A stretch of 64,000 nucleotides of DNA from Octopus vulgaris (lineage: Eukaryota): assembly GCA_951406725.2 (NCBI GenBank), contig OX597832.1, forward strand, positions 372,001 through 436,000. The letters are read 5' to 3'. The translations under genes were made by a program, and so were the position numbers. This document shows, piece after piece, positions 1 through 14,500 of this stretch; position 1 is the stretch's first letter, and every line of letters starts with the position of its first letter. The notes under the pieces are model-generated. The model did no database searches and was not told the origin of the DNA. It saw only the letters and a list, made by a program, of their open reading frames with translations.

Positions 1-146
1 ATTATCTTCCAAAATTCACGTTAATATATTGATAAATAAAAAAGTTATTGTTGTTTAATGAAACCAGACTAAATTTATGATTACGTTAGAAATTAATTGA
101 AACACATAAGGGGTGTATTTTGGTCAGAAATATAGTAACGAAAGGG
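1..146. mobile_element. Right end of piggyBac-type MITE (cut by window edge)
   Basis: Ends GTAACGAAAGGG followed by TTAA (147-150), the same TIR type as the element at 30080-30290. Confidence 0.6.
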
Positions 147-258
147 TTAAGAAAAACCAAAAAATATTTTATTCTTTATAAATGTTGTATTCAAAATAAC
201 ATTTTCTTTTAAGAATGTGTATATAACAAAGTATGTGTATATAACTACGTGACTTATA

Positions 259-653
259 TCTTTATATATAAGAGTGAAGTTGTGTGTCTGTCTCCTACGA
301 TTTAGATTCCTAACTACTCCCACATTTTGCGGTGCAGTTTAACCAAAACCGGGTATCTTATAGTCGTGAGTCATATCGAGCCCTTCTGGGTATTAGCGCG
401 CGTCTACGATGAGTCTACGATTTAAAAAAATTTACCATCATATTTTTCCATTTTAATGCATTTTTTTCGCTATTATATAAGGGAAGTAACTCTCTAAAAA
501 TATCTACGATGTGTCAACGATTTAAAAAGAAATTTACCTAATTTTTTTTCCATTTTTAATGCATTTTTTTCCTATTTTTTGGCTATAACTCTCTAAAAAT
601 GCTTATATAGTTATTTCCCTTACAAACCCGAGCAACGCCGGGCGATACTGCTA

Positions 654-654
<1 letters not shown>
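259..654 (+). mobile_element. Non-autonomous Helitron
   Basis: Starts TC after an A and ends CTAG before a T. Subterminal GC hairpin CCCG-AGCAACGC-CGGG, no TSD, internal imperfect direct repeats. Confidence 0.8.

Positions 655-708
<54 letters not shown>
655..708. repeat. (TA)n(GA)n compound microsatellite
   Basis: Direct reading of sequence. Confidence 0.95.
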
Positions 709-1692
709 TGTAATCAATAGAATCATGGATAGAAGTTGTAGCAATTAAAACCTTTTATTATCTAATTACCTTGGTTATTGACTTTTGTAAGTTATATGAC
801 AGCAGTAAGATAAGTCTTGTAAGGGGAGTTCATTAATCATTTCTTACATATTGTTGGTCTTAGTTGTATGATGAGATGTGTGTGTGGATTGTCAACTAAC
901 AATGTTTTGAAAAACACTAAATATTTTTTAATGGGGAAATTAAAATAGGTTGAACATCATAACATTATTTTTGCAATTCATTTAGATAATCAATCAAATA
1001 TACAAGTGATTTGGCAGTATTTAGAACAAGTCACTGTTCTAGTTCTTAAACTAATGCTCAGTTAATAGTTATATGAAATAAGTACCAGAGGATGGCTTGC
1101 TAAATATTTTGTTGTTATTCAGTATGTATGAAAGCATACCGTCATACAGGTCTTGTTCACAATGGAAGCAGATAAAGTTGAATATCTTAATTGTAACTCC
1201 TTATTACAAATGTAAATTTAGTTTCAAAATGGAAACAAAAATATTTTTGCTTGGTTTGGTAAAAATGTGATCTTACAGTTGAATATTTTTTTACATGAAA
1301 GAAAATAAAAAGTTAAGGAGAGAAAATATTTTAAAGTTTAGTTAACAGGCCTTCCTGTAAGTTTTGTAGGTTAAAAAATAACAAATTAAAGAACTGATTG
1401 TGAAATAAATAAAAACAAGAGGTAGATATTGAATACCAGAAAAATATATTTATTTTAACCCCCATTTTCTTTTTAAATGACATGCATTCTTCCCCAAAAT
1501 TTCATGAACCAATGTAAAGCAAATTTAAAAGATGGCTAACAGCCTGAGTTAATTACATATCTCCTGTATCCCACCAGTTGAAAGGAAGCACTTGTTATAA
1601 AGGTTGGCAGAATATCTAAGATGATAGAATGATGAAGTTGGTTGATAGAGAACGATAACCATTATTTTTGTAATAATGATAATAACGCGTGA

Positions 1693-1843
1693 CAGCAACA
1701 ACAACAACAGCAGCAGCAGCAATAATAATGATAATAATAATAATAATAATAATAATACAAAAAAGCAACAAGGATGTAGTGAACTGGTTTTAACCAGTGT
1801 TTTGTTTTGATATGAAATGTTCTCATGTGCGTATGGTGTGCAA

Positions 1844-1885
<42 letters not shown>
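1693..1885. repeat. (CAA/CAG)n, (AAT)n and (TA)n microsatellite cluster
   Basis: Direct reading; explains the low-complexity ORFs at 1549-2178. Confidence 0.9.
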
Positions 1886-1888
<3 letters not shown>

Positions 1889-4800
1889 CATACAGTAAAT
1901 AAACACCTGAAAATATATATTTTTTCATTGAAGATGTTACAGAGATATATGCAAGTATACTTCATTAAAATAGGGACAAACAACATAAAATTGGGAGAAA
2001 AAATCATTTGTGAAACTGCTTTAAAAAGTGTAGTGCAGCATGTATAGGAGAAACAAAGTACTACAGTTATTTTATCTTGGAAGGCTACCTTTAAAATAGA
2101 GGCAAACATGGACATAGTTGGAGCTTTCTTCAATCCTTTAACAAGACAGAGGAGGATTTGGTAAATTTCTTTTACCAAATAACATACAAAAATATTTCCT
2201 GAAGTATTCTTTAAAATTCATGCAACTGTGTGTGTGTGTGTTTTGTGTGTGCATGCGCGTGCGCACGCTTGCACAAGTAAGTGTGAGTATATATACCCTT
2301 TGACGGTTGGTTGGTTGTCTGCAAATCACAATGAAAAAAAAATTTGAAAGTAAGTTTGTACATGAAGGGTAAATGGCAAAATAGAAGTGTATAAAATAAA
2401 AATATATTTAGAACCATGAAGCATAGGCACTTGGTATTTTATGGTTTTAAAACTTTGTTATTTTCTGATTTGGTTTCTGTAAAATAGTAAGACTGAGGAA
2501 ACACAGCTGCTAATGTCTAAATTGTTTGACACAACCTATGAGAGACAACAGCTTAGCTGTTGGTCAGACATCATAAGCAACTAATAATAGAGTTAAGATA
2601 AGTGGACAGACATTTTAAAACTTGATGGCAAAATTTGGACAGTAGAAATCTTTTAGATTTCAAAACACAATTTGACAGCCAGAATGAAAAAGTATTAATG
2701 AGAATTTCAAAAGAATTTGAAATAAAGTGCTTAAATTGAATATTGGCAATTAGCCGTTATTAGATGCAGACACCTATTACACATCTAATATAACATTCAA
2801 TAAAAACAGTCTTGATTTGCATATTTCAAATTTTAACAATCTTTAGTTCATAATTTTGTGAAATTAGGATTTGTTATAATATAAATTACATTTCAATAAT
2901 TTATTTTTCCCCAACACTTTTCATTCCACTGTTTACTAATTTTCTTGATAGACTTCAATATTTAACAAGGTGATACAGACTTTAAAAAATCTTTGATCCA
3001 ATAAACCTTGGTAAAGAATGATATGGAATATAGATAGTTTTAGTTACCATACTTTAAAGGACGCAGACATTTATTAAAGATATTATTCAACCAATTTGTT
3101 TTGCATATTATTTTTGTAATGAAGAGAGTAATATTGTCAATCATTAACTAGATATTTTATGACTCCTTTTCAACTGGAAACCAGAAAAATATTTAACCAA
3201 AACCTGGAGAGAAAGACAGAGAAAAAATCCATGACTTTGCCCATACATTGTTTTATTTATAGTCTTCGGAATGAATATCAACAAAGTAAATTGATTTATA
3301 TACATATATCATTATGTATTGAATGTATGGGCTGATTTGGGAGCCATCTTATGCATATAACAGCATGCCATAAAATATCAAAATATCAACCTTTCAACCA
3401 TGAATAATAAAATATTTTATGAAGAAAATAAATGGACATATTTGATGATACAAGATAAAAAGACATTCATAAATATAGTTTAATGATATCATTTTCTGTG
3501 ATATGGATGGAGAACAAGTGTGGGTTGATTACATGATAGAATGATGGGCCACAGTAGAGAGATTTGTTTTAATTTTATAACAGTGATTATTATGAAGGTA
3601 CAATTTTCAGATTTAAGAGAGCGTGCCTGCATATGTTTGTAAAAATATACATATATCTATATATCTTTAATATTCATTTGATATTTTAACAATATTATAG
3701 GAAAACACACAGACAACAAATGTGTGTTTTTATTACCAACACAATATCATGAACATAACATTTTGAACCAGTAAGATTCTTCTGTAGAATTCTCTCACAT
3801 AACAAGAGTGATGCTGCTAGTTTGGCAGCCTTTTAAAAATAATTTTACTTTTAGTTAATCTTTTTTTGTCAATTATTTATAGTCATTAAAAATATTTACT
3901 TTACATACATAAAAAATTCCACTGTTTGTGTTTTTGTTCCAAAACATTTTGTGAAAATAATTTACAAGAAAAAGTAAGTTTCTACTTTTAGTATCTATTA
4001 GCTTCTATTGCACAAATATACATATCAAATTCATTGAATTTTATATAATTTTGATAACCTGGAAATACTAAAAAAATATTCAATAATAATATTTGAAATA
4101 TAACAGATTTTACTTGTAAAATCATCCAGAGCATAAAAGGCCTCAAGTATTACTATACTAGAGAATATAAGTAGGCCCTAGGGAATTAAAGTCCCCAAGA
4201 TAGTAGACATGAAAAAGAAAATTGGCAAGTTCTATGTAATCAACAAGAGGAATGAGATGGATCTTTGGTTACTATTTAACTTTTATGTAGAATTTTTACT
4301 TTTTTAATTGAAATTATTAAGCAATGTTATGTTTTGCCTGTAGAGGAAGAGAGATCTAATTTTTAAGATGATAAATGTATGTAATGGGAGGTGCTTGCAC
4401 TGCACTTATGTGGTCCCTGGATTTAAAACAAAAATTAAATAATGCAGATTACTGCAACATTAAATCAGCTTCAAAGGTGAAAGCTCTATTTCCACTCTAC
4501 CTAACCCCACTGGCACAACTGTGGAAGGCAAGAAAAATTGTAAAATTGGAGAGACACATTAAATAGCAGCTAGAGAAAAAGATCTGTTCAGTTATTGGGA
4601 AATTCAACCAGACTGTTTATGGCAAGCAAGCTATAGACAACAGTCAGAATGAAAACAGACTTAATAAATATTCCCTACCTTGTATTATACATAGAGTTTA
4701 GATGACCCAACAAAACAAGATTTTAATAGCTAAATCGACCAATTCATTTCTACAATATTTTAATTAGTAACTACAACAGCAGTAAACATATTTTTCACCC

Positions 4801-5222
4801 CATACATATGCATTCCTCAAACATAAATGAAGGTGTAAAGAAGCAATGATGAAAAATACACACCTTACTTCTTTCACATGTTAGTTCTGCCAAAAGATTT
4901 GCAAAGAATCTTTCAACAAGAAATGCTGTAAACTATGTATTGCGATGTTGACATTATATTTATGCCACAGGGTATTCTGTATAACCAGTTATCACATGAA
5001 TATGAGAGAAGAGGAAAAGGAGGAGGGGGGAAGAATACAATATTGAAAAGAAAGATAAAGAAATCTAGTATCTTGAATGACAACCTCCAGTTTATGTAAT
5101 AAAGTCTTAGAGAAAAACCCAAAGAAGAAAAGAAAAATAATTATAAATCTTTGTTAACTGTCCATATTAAGGGCTTTTCAATTTTAGCAGTAGTGTTACC
5201 AGATGCCAAAATTAGTAAATTT

Positions 5223-5515
5223 TCAGCAGAAGTTGTGATATCCAGTTGCAGCTTGTTTGTTGTGGAAATTATCTTGTAGGGCAATTGAAAATGGTAATTC
5301 CAATCTGGAGCTATTGGTCAGGGGAAAGTTGACAATATATGGCACCTTGAAAGATAACAGTTGCCACATTATTGGCTTTGTTCCCATATGGCTTTTATTG
5401 GCCTTTAGAGGAAAGTCAGCATGGTGGTCTGCTGTATTCTTCATTGGAACATTGGGACCAAACAAACCATCGTATTCAAGCTCATCTCTAACAGACAACA
5501 GTACACGTGATTTCA
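5223..5515 (-). CDS. CREB3L1: CREB3L-like terminal coding exon: luminal domain with S1P-type site
   Basis: TTTTGTTATAG acceptor; the phase 1 join gives [21 protein letters not shown]...GYHNFC*. RVLL fits the RxxL site-1 protease motif; NKS and NSS are N-glycosylation sequons. Confidence 0.8.
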
Positions 5516-8500
5516 CTATAACAAAATAAATGGCAAAAATTATAACAGTCAATTTCACACAAATGCAAAAGACAATATTCAAAATATATCAAGACTTATA
5601 TCATCAGAAATGTTAAAAAGTTTTATTTAAAGTAAAAAAAATGCTAGCTCTATATCACAGCTACACTGGCGAAAATAAATTTAAGACCAATGATAAAAGT
5701 TCTATTTCTTACAAAATATTTTGTTACTAACACCATACAAATTATTTTTATCTTTTACACCTTATGCAGAATTTATTTCTCTTTCGAATGATGCAGACAA
5801 TAACTATTTTTATACAACTTGAAGAATTCTAATGCTAAATTAATATAAACATTTCAAATTTACTGGTAAAATTAGTTTAAGACCGTATCATTATAATTTT
5901 ATTTAAAGCTTAAGATTGTAGCAAAAATGATCAACAAGAACGAAATACATATTAGTACTTTGTGCTGTAGCCTTTATTCTTAACAACGGCTGAACAAAGC
6001 CTCGGCATTGAATTCGCTAAGTGATTACAAAATTCTATGGGAATGTTTTGCCATATTTCATTGTTATAATCGAATAATAGGTTTAGATTAGATGGTTTTT
6101 TAGCATGAACATTTTTGGAAACATAATTCCACAAGTTCTCGATCAGATTCAGATCCAGGCTCTGGGGAGACTATTCAATTACGTCAATATTATGGTGATC
6201 AAAAAATTCTATAATGTTTTTGGCTTTGTGCACAGGACTATTGTCCTGCTGATAAATAGCCCCAGGAGGCATTTGGTGATCAAATATGGCACAACATTAT
6301 CCTTTAGTAGATTCATATAACCTACATTATTTAGCTTTCCATCAACTTTAACTAGAGGGCCAACACCAAAGCTACAAAATGCCGCCCACACCATCACACC
6401 CCGACACCCCGCTCGCGCCATTTTTTTCACGCATTTCGGATGGAATTCCTCAGTTGAGCGACATCTGATGTATGTTTTACCATCTGATCCAAATATACAG
6501 AAGTGTGACTCGTCACTCCAAAGGACCCTGCACCAATCTTCAGCAGTCCATTGAGCATGGCTTTTTGTGAAATTAAGGCGTTTGAGTCGATTTCTTTTGG
6601 ATATTATTGGCTTTTTCCTAGCAAGTTGTCCATGTAGTCCAAATTCTCTCAAACGGTTGTGGACAGTTTGTGGTGTAAAAATAACACCATTCCCGTTGGA
6701 CAATTGTTTACAAATGTCAATGGCTGTCAGCATTCAGTTGCCTTCTGAAAGTCGGTGGATTCGACGGTCCAACTGTGCCGTTGTTTTTCCTGGGGCTCCA
6801 GTCCTTTGCCGATCTTTATATTGACCAGACCAGTCTCTGAGTATAACTTCCCCGCTTGCACACAAGCCATTTTACTGCACTTTAGTTGCTTGCAGATGTT
6901 TTGCTGGTGGAGTAATATAATTTTTGCTCTCGTGACTGAACTGAGGCTACCTTGCTTTCCCATTATTAATCAATTGTATATTAACGTTAAATTAGGCTAG
7001 TTGTGTGACCACCTAATTTGGCAAAAAAAATTGCATACATATTACATGCTCTTAAACTAATTTTGCCGGTAAATTTGAAACATTTATATTAATTTAGCAT
7101 TAGAATTCTTCAAGTTGTATAAAAATAGTTATTGTCTGCATTGTGAAAGAGAAAGAAATTCTGCATAAGGTGTAAATGATAGAAATAATTTGTATGGTGT
7201 TAGTAACAAAATATTTTGTAAGAAATAGAACTTTTATCATTGGTCTTAAATTTATTTTCGCCAGTGTATATCTCAACTCTACCATTATATAAAGTATAGA
7301 TGTTCCTTACATTATATAAAGTATAGATATTCCTTACTTTCTGCAACAGTATCAGCATTTGGTCAATAATAAATTAATAATATTTGATAGTAGTTACAGT
7401 GAAAATGAGAAAACCTTCTCAATAGAAATATGATGAGTTTTATTGACTTTTAGCAATAAAACAGACTATTCGGTTTTAATGAACATTTCGTGTTTCCATA
7501 ACTTCAATCTGCTTTTATTAGCTACAAAGTTTTAGCAATTGTCATACATCAAGTTGGCCGAACATGTTAACTACAAACATTTTGACTTGACATTCAACTA
7601 TATCAGTGTTATATACATACAACTTACTACACCAGTTCTCTCACCTAGTTATGGCATTTCATTGATACTTTCAAAAGCAAGCAAACTTGAAGCCCTATAA
7701 CTAGTTGGGCTGAGTTCAACCAGTTTAGTTCATTTTCAATTCTTGATACATCACAGTTATCATACATCTCCATCAGGCAGCAACTTAACTGGCCTTACTG
7801 TGTGAATGAATTGCGCAAGAAAGTCAAGAGAAGTTACTTTTCGTAAGTTTGTAAAAATGAACATTAGTTAACAATGTGATTGTTCTAACATGCAGGTGAA
7901 ACATTATAGAGTAAGTAGTAAAATTGTCTGAGATGTAAGAGGAAACTTCACCTCACTATCACTCTAATATATACTCAGTTTTTAGATAGAAGTACATCTT
8001 TTATAGAGTTTCATTGAATACATGGCTCAAAAGTAGATATATGAGAATATGGTGACATTGTCAATAGTTATATTGACAATGAGACTACACATGTTGATTA
8101 TTTGTCATAAATATATGAGATCTTCATAGGAACAGGAAGTTTGTCATGTATTCAATGAGACCTGAAATATTGATATGCTGAACCAACATTTACAACTAAA
8201 TTTTCTCTCAAGGACTGAATCTTCAAAAGTAACCTTACAACACAAATCACTCCAAAATCATTTTCAGAAATTTTCCAACCTATTCTTGATTCAGAAAGTA
8301 AAATTTAGTAAAAAATTGAAAAGAATATTAAAAAAAAAGGTACACTGGTAGCTTTCTTTAGTAGATTTGTATCACTTGAAGTCATGGCTAACTGAGAAAC
8401 CAAGAATTATAAAAAGATCTAGAAAAAAACTAACCAGTAAATTAGTTTTTTGGTAAAGTGAAATAGTTGTCTACAGTTACAACTGTTGAGTGACATATCC

Positions 8501-11500
8501 TGCAATATACTGTTTCATGAATTGGTTAAACATTTTAAGATTAGAATGTCTTGAGATAAAATCATGCTTAGTTTTTCCAACTATTTAATGACTAATATCT
8601 CCCCCTTAGTTCACTTTAATCTCTGAGCAGGGTAACTATTGGATAATGCTTGTGTTAGAAACTGAAAAGACTCAATTTATCTCTACATCAAGTACTTAAT
8701 CAATTCCAAGGTAATCACTTCAGAGATTCAAATTAAAGCCTACTAATTAATTCTGTTTGTGCTGGATAGCTATCAGTGTCATCAAAGAATAGTTTGGTAA
8801 ATAAAATATTAATAATAACAAAGATAATGATAAGAGGAGCATTCAAGCCCATAACCACCAAAAATATTTTGAAGCAAGCAGGATTTTCACTTGGGTAAAA
8901 AATAAAATGTTTCACAAATACAGTGGTACCTTGACTTACGAGTTTAATTCATTCCGTGATGGAGCTCATAACTCAAATTTCCCCATTGAAATGAATTGAA
9001 ATACCATTAATCCATTCCAGGCCCCACTAAATACACTGCAATTTTTTTCCTTACATGTTTTTAAATAAGAAAAATGTACTTACAAATAACGAATATTGTA
9101 TAAAAAAAAACAATACAATAGAATGTACTGCAATAAACTGGTTTTATTAAGTAATATGTACAGCATTTACCTTGGAAATCAAAAAACTTGAGCATGTTGA
9201 CGGAGGTGGAGGAGAAAGGCCAAACTGAATAACTGAATCTTATTTGTTGAATTTTTGCCCTTTTCTCCACACTTTCCTCACTTTCATCTCCAGGAGTTTT
9301 TGATAAAAACCTGTCCAATAAGGTGTGTTTCATCCTCACTTTCAGTGTAGTTTTGAAATGAGTCAGGCAAGTGTCATTAAATAGCGCTGTCACTTGCCCA
9401 GTTGCAACTTTTTCTGGGGTTTCTTTTGAATAAAGTCTGAAAGTTTCTCCCACATTCCCAACATTTCCTTTATCGCACTTGTAGAGATAACCTCATCCAT
9501 CTCCTCCACATCACCCGTTTCCTACAAAACTTCCATGTGCTGCTGTGTCTGTAGTTCATTGATGTCTCCTTCATCCATGTCCAGGCTCATGGACCTGTTG
9601 GGGGATACAATCTCCTCCACCACTGCTGCTTCAGGTTCAAGTCTTTCAAAGTCTGTTTCAGACACAACCTCAGGCCATAGCTTCTTCCACACAGAGGTCA
9701 AGGTCCTCTTTGTAACATCCTATCAGGCCATATCAATAATTCTGAGGCATATCACAATATTATAGTGGTCCTTCAAGAACTCTTGAATGGTGAGGTTTGT
9801 GCTCTCTGTTACCTCAGAGCAGCAGTGGAGCAAGTGCTTGGTGAAGAGCTTTTTGAAATTAAAAATCTCCTGCTATAGGATAGGGGTGGTGTTGGGTGGA
9901 AGGTATAGAACCTTTATAAACTTGAACCCTTCAAGGATATCTTCGAAGTTAGGTGAGTGAGCAGGTGCATTGTCCAGGATGAGAAGGATGAGAAAGGCAG
10001 ATTTTCTTTCAGAATCTTATGTGACTTAAAGGCTCTGGGGTTTTCTGAGCAATAAATGAGCAGTGGTTTAATCTTGCAGTTGCCACTCACATTGGCACAC
10101 AGTGCGAGGGTTAGCCTATTTTCATGGGTTTGTGGCCTGGCATCCTCTTCTCTTCTGTCATTTTATAAGTCTTCCTTGGAATCTTCTTCCAAAAACGACC
10201 TGTCTCATCACAGTTGAAGACTTGCTGGGGGATGTATCCTTCAGCTGCTGTAATTCTGGCAAAAGCTTTGAGGTAATCCTCAGCTGCCTTTATATCTGCT
10301 CTCACTGCCTCACTATGCCTGACAAAGGGGTGAATGCCGGTCCTCCCTTTAAAATTCTTAAACCAACCCCAACTAGCTTTAAATGGTTCACCCAATGCCC
10401 TGTCCATACAAATGTCTGGAGTCTGCTGTAGCAAATCAGCATAAATAGTTCATGCATTCTCAGATTATAGCCTTCGTCACAGTATCTCCTATCAGCTACT
10501 TCTCTGTCAACCACATCATCAGCAGCTTCTCCATATTTTCATGAATAGATGTTCACTGTCTAGAAATTATTTTAACACCCTTGGCTGGCATTATAACCTT
10601 TATCAACTCCTTCTGCTTCAGTATGGTGCAGATCGTAGAAGTACTACCCTCGGTACTGCTTCACCAAGTCAACTACATGCACACTTTGGCAATGTTTTTC
10701 GAAAATTTCTTTTTTTAATTCTTCTTCTGTAGCCTGCAACAACTAAGTAAGTATTTTAACACCCGTCCAGCTAACGATCCACTAATGATCTTTGCACTTA
10801 CTAATTCGTATGTCTGTCTAGCTATCGATCTACTAATGATTTTCGCACTTGCTAACGTGCATATCTATCCAGCTATTGAGTGAGACATGGAATGCTGGGT
10901 GGATGTTATGGTGTTCACTATGGCATTCACTATGCCAACAAGCAGTGGGGTATCTGAACCTGGCTTGTAACCCGAATTTTAGGTAACAACTCAAAGCAAA
11001 AAATTGGCCAAAAGACAATTCCTATCTCAAAAAAAAAAGAAAAAACTTACAAGCTGGGACACTTGTAAGTCAAGGTACCACTGTATTTGATTACAAGCTG
11101 TTCACTACATCATAGAATGTTTGTTTTATGACTTGTTTTATGATTTGAAGGTTTTAATAAACTTAGAAAATAGTTTAATGAAAAAACTCCTAAATAATTG
11201 ATTCTATCACATTTGAATAAAATCAAAGGTTTATTGTGAAGAAAATAATAAAAATTACACAGATATCACTAATAACAATGTTCAAACAGATTTATATATT
11301 AAAAATCCAATTTTCATGGTCACAAATACAATTCAAACACTCCTACATAGCAATGGTACCGAAAATGTAGTCTGTTTATTCTTCAGACTTACTTTACAAT
11401 AATACTCGACTCATCTTATTGTAATAAACTTCGCATATTTGTTTTCTCCAAATTTCACAAATTGTTCTTCCTCTGTTTTTAAAATATTAAAAACTTTTGG

Positions 11501-14500
11501 CTTATAATAATTTCGAATTATAAACAATGTTGATGGCAAACATCAATATTTTTGGAATTACTTTGATTATTCTCTCAGAAACAGCACTAAACTAAGATAC
11601 AAGCTCTTTAAGAAATACAAATAATTATGAAGACAACCAAAATATGAAACCTCACTTTAAAAGAAGAAAATGCTACACCAATTTCTAAGAAAATTTTAAA
11701 CAGCTTTAACTAGCAGGTTTCTGACTGTTGTGCCATGTGAACAAATGATAGAGAAACTACTGAAACTATGAAAAGGAGAGAATGGTATTTACTGCTACGT
11801 GATGGATAGTCAGCCACTCGGACATTCTGCAACTGTGGCCCCATTGAAGGCGATGGATGCATAGGGCGTGGATTAGAATAGAAGATATCAGGTTGATTCG
11901 ATGGAGATGAGTAACCAATGTTCAGAGATGTTGGTGCCCAACTGCCGAGGAAGACAGCAAAACTCAGCACGACAACCTGAATAGCAAAGTAACAATCTAA
12001 GATTACTAGGAATTCAATTCTCATCAAACAATCAGATGTAGCCTGGAGCTGCCATTCCAGACCTCTACACCAAACATCATCAGCAGTTCTATATTATGAT
12101 GAAAATTTTACATATTCTAAGAGAGATATTACTTTGTATTCATTTGCATATATAGATTCTGAAAATATGCACACTAACAATATTTTCATATTCTGATATA
12201 TTTTTAACTTGAAAAACAATTTTCAACAGAAATTTTGACGAAAATTAAAGGTAGCAACTATTAATGATAAAAATTAACAAAGCTAGCAGCAGTTAATAGC
12301 AAAAACTATAATATTAGCAGTTAGTTTAGGTTAGGGAAATTTAGAATGTTAAAAGATATTAAAGAGAATTAAAATAGTTTCTAAATGATTAATTCTGTTA
12401 ATTATATAGGGAGTTAATTGATTATTTCAGCAGAGGAATGATATAAAGAAATAGATTGGTATATTTCAAGAAAAGAGAATGTCACTTACCATGAGAACAG
12501 TCCCAGTCTGTGTGGAAGAGGCTGAACTGGATCGTGGGATTTTCCCACACTGAGCTTGAAGTTTCTGTAACTGACCAATGAGTGACCTACAGAGAAGAGT
12601 AACTTTTTTAAGTAATAATAGTCTAAAAGTATTAAAGTTGTTGAATTTCTTGTTAGTTGAGAAGAGGAGGAAGGAAAGTGTAGGGCAAGCCATAGCCTTT
12701 TAACTTCTTAGATTGGATATATATAGATTACTGACTTGACGATATAATAAATTGTTAGAGAGGACATAAGGGTAAAGTTGTGGATAAGAAAATACAGTAG
12801 CAATGGGAGTGAGGAAGAAACAATAGTGGTGGGAATGAGAAAACAATAGTGACAGGAATGAAAAAGCACAATAGTGGCGGGAGGCACTATTGAGATGAAA
12901 GGAGGATAAGAGACATCCTCATCATCATATAACATCTGCCTTCCATGACGGAATGGGTGAGACTAATGGGAATAATGTATGTTGAAGATGTAGTAGACAA
13001 AAGCAGTTGAAGGGACAGACAATATTTGTGAGTGAGGGTTTATGTATGAATATTTGTGCTTTGAAAAGAATCATTAAATATAGGATAACAGGAAGAGATG
13101 ATTGAAAAAAGCCTTGGAGGTAATGGATGAGGTAGTGAAAGATATGTTTCATAAATACAAAGCATTCTTTACGTAACAGTGAGTTTCATTTAGGAATGTT
13201 CCAATGTAGTGCAACTTTGAACTTAGGCTTCTTTAGAAACTAAATGAGATAAACAAGCACATCAGATATGAGGACAACACATGACAGATGCTGTTGAAAG
13301 CTTAATTGCTGTGAAAGGCAACAACTTTACTTTCATAAAATTCTGTTGTACTGAAGCCAAGTGTGTCATGTTGGAGCAATTCCACTGAACTCAGTTTTTT
13401 AGAAACTTTACTGAGAAAATATTCCCTGGTGTGGCAGGGAGTTGATGTTTACTACATTGTAACTGAGTGTAGCGATATTGATATCCTCACTCTTTGAGAG
13501 ACACAATAAGAATGATCTGGTTTGAGATTACAACCATCTTTGGATATTTTGACCCTGTTGTGTCCACTGCTCTGATTGGTTGGCATTTGGTGCGATTCAT
13601 CTCTGTACTTATTTCGTGCCAGGGTGTGAAGCCAACCAATCACGGCCTTCGGATAAGGCCTACTTTAGATGCCCTTCTTTGAGCCAGTTTAACTCCTTAA
13701 ATAAGCTTGTTTTCACTATTCTTGGTCTTTCGGCTCCAGACCTTTTAAAGTCTAGTCACTGACCACAGAACTACTCAGCTATGTTCCAGTTCCAGCGACA
13801 GACGATCAACCTGCCAGCCATGCTCCTGCTTCAGCTATGACGACGCTAATGTACACCCGCAACAGAACGTTCTCCAATCTCCACCACCATCATCAATATC
13901 GTCGTCTCCATCTCCGTCGACTTCAACAACATGTACACATCAACACCGACCAAGTTTAACTCATGCTGTTAGTGAATCTTTCACCGAGGAAAACAGTTGC
14001 AGTATATCTGAAAGAAATATCTATATCAAGAGACTCGGCTCAGCATTGAGGCTCCAACCACTGCATATACGCTCAACTGGCCTCTGCCTCAAGACCCCCA
14101 ACATCTTGTTATAGAACTTACTATTGTGTACCTCATGAACTGGTAAACTAAATCTATCTTAACTCAATATGCTGAGAACTTATCTTATGCTCTGTATTCT
14201 GTATTTCTGTAATACACATTCACCTTATTTGTATCTGTCGCACACACGAACACACAGACACAAACACTTGTAGCATGCGCACATACATTACACATCGCTA
14301 GCACTCACACACATTCTCTTTGTACACATTGTGAATAAAGTCTTCTTCTCTCTCAAACAATAGAACAGTTTGTTGTCCCTCATTTATTCCTTTGGCACTG
14401 TATGTTATATTATGTATATGGCTTCTCTTATTATGTAAGGAACGACCGTGTGGCGTATAAAAGGAGACATTTGTCACCAACTCCTTACGTACAGTCGTAT

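Noticed and set aside
1549-2417. ORFs with poly-L/Y/C runs
   Set aside because: Produced by (AAT)n, (CAG)n, (TA)n and (TG)n repeats; no protein family signature.
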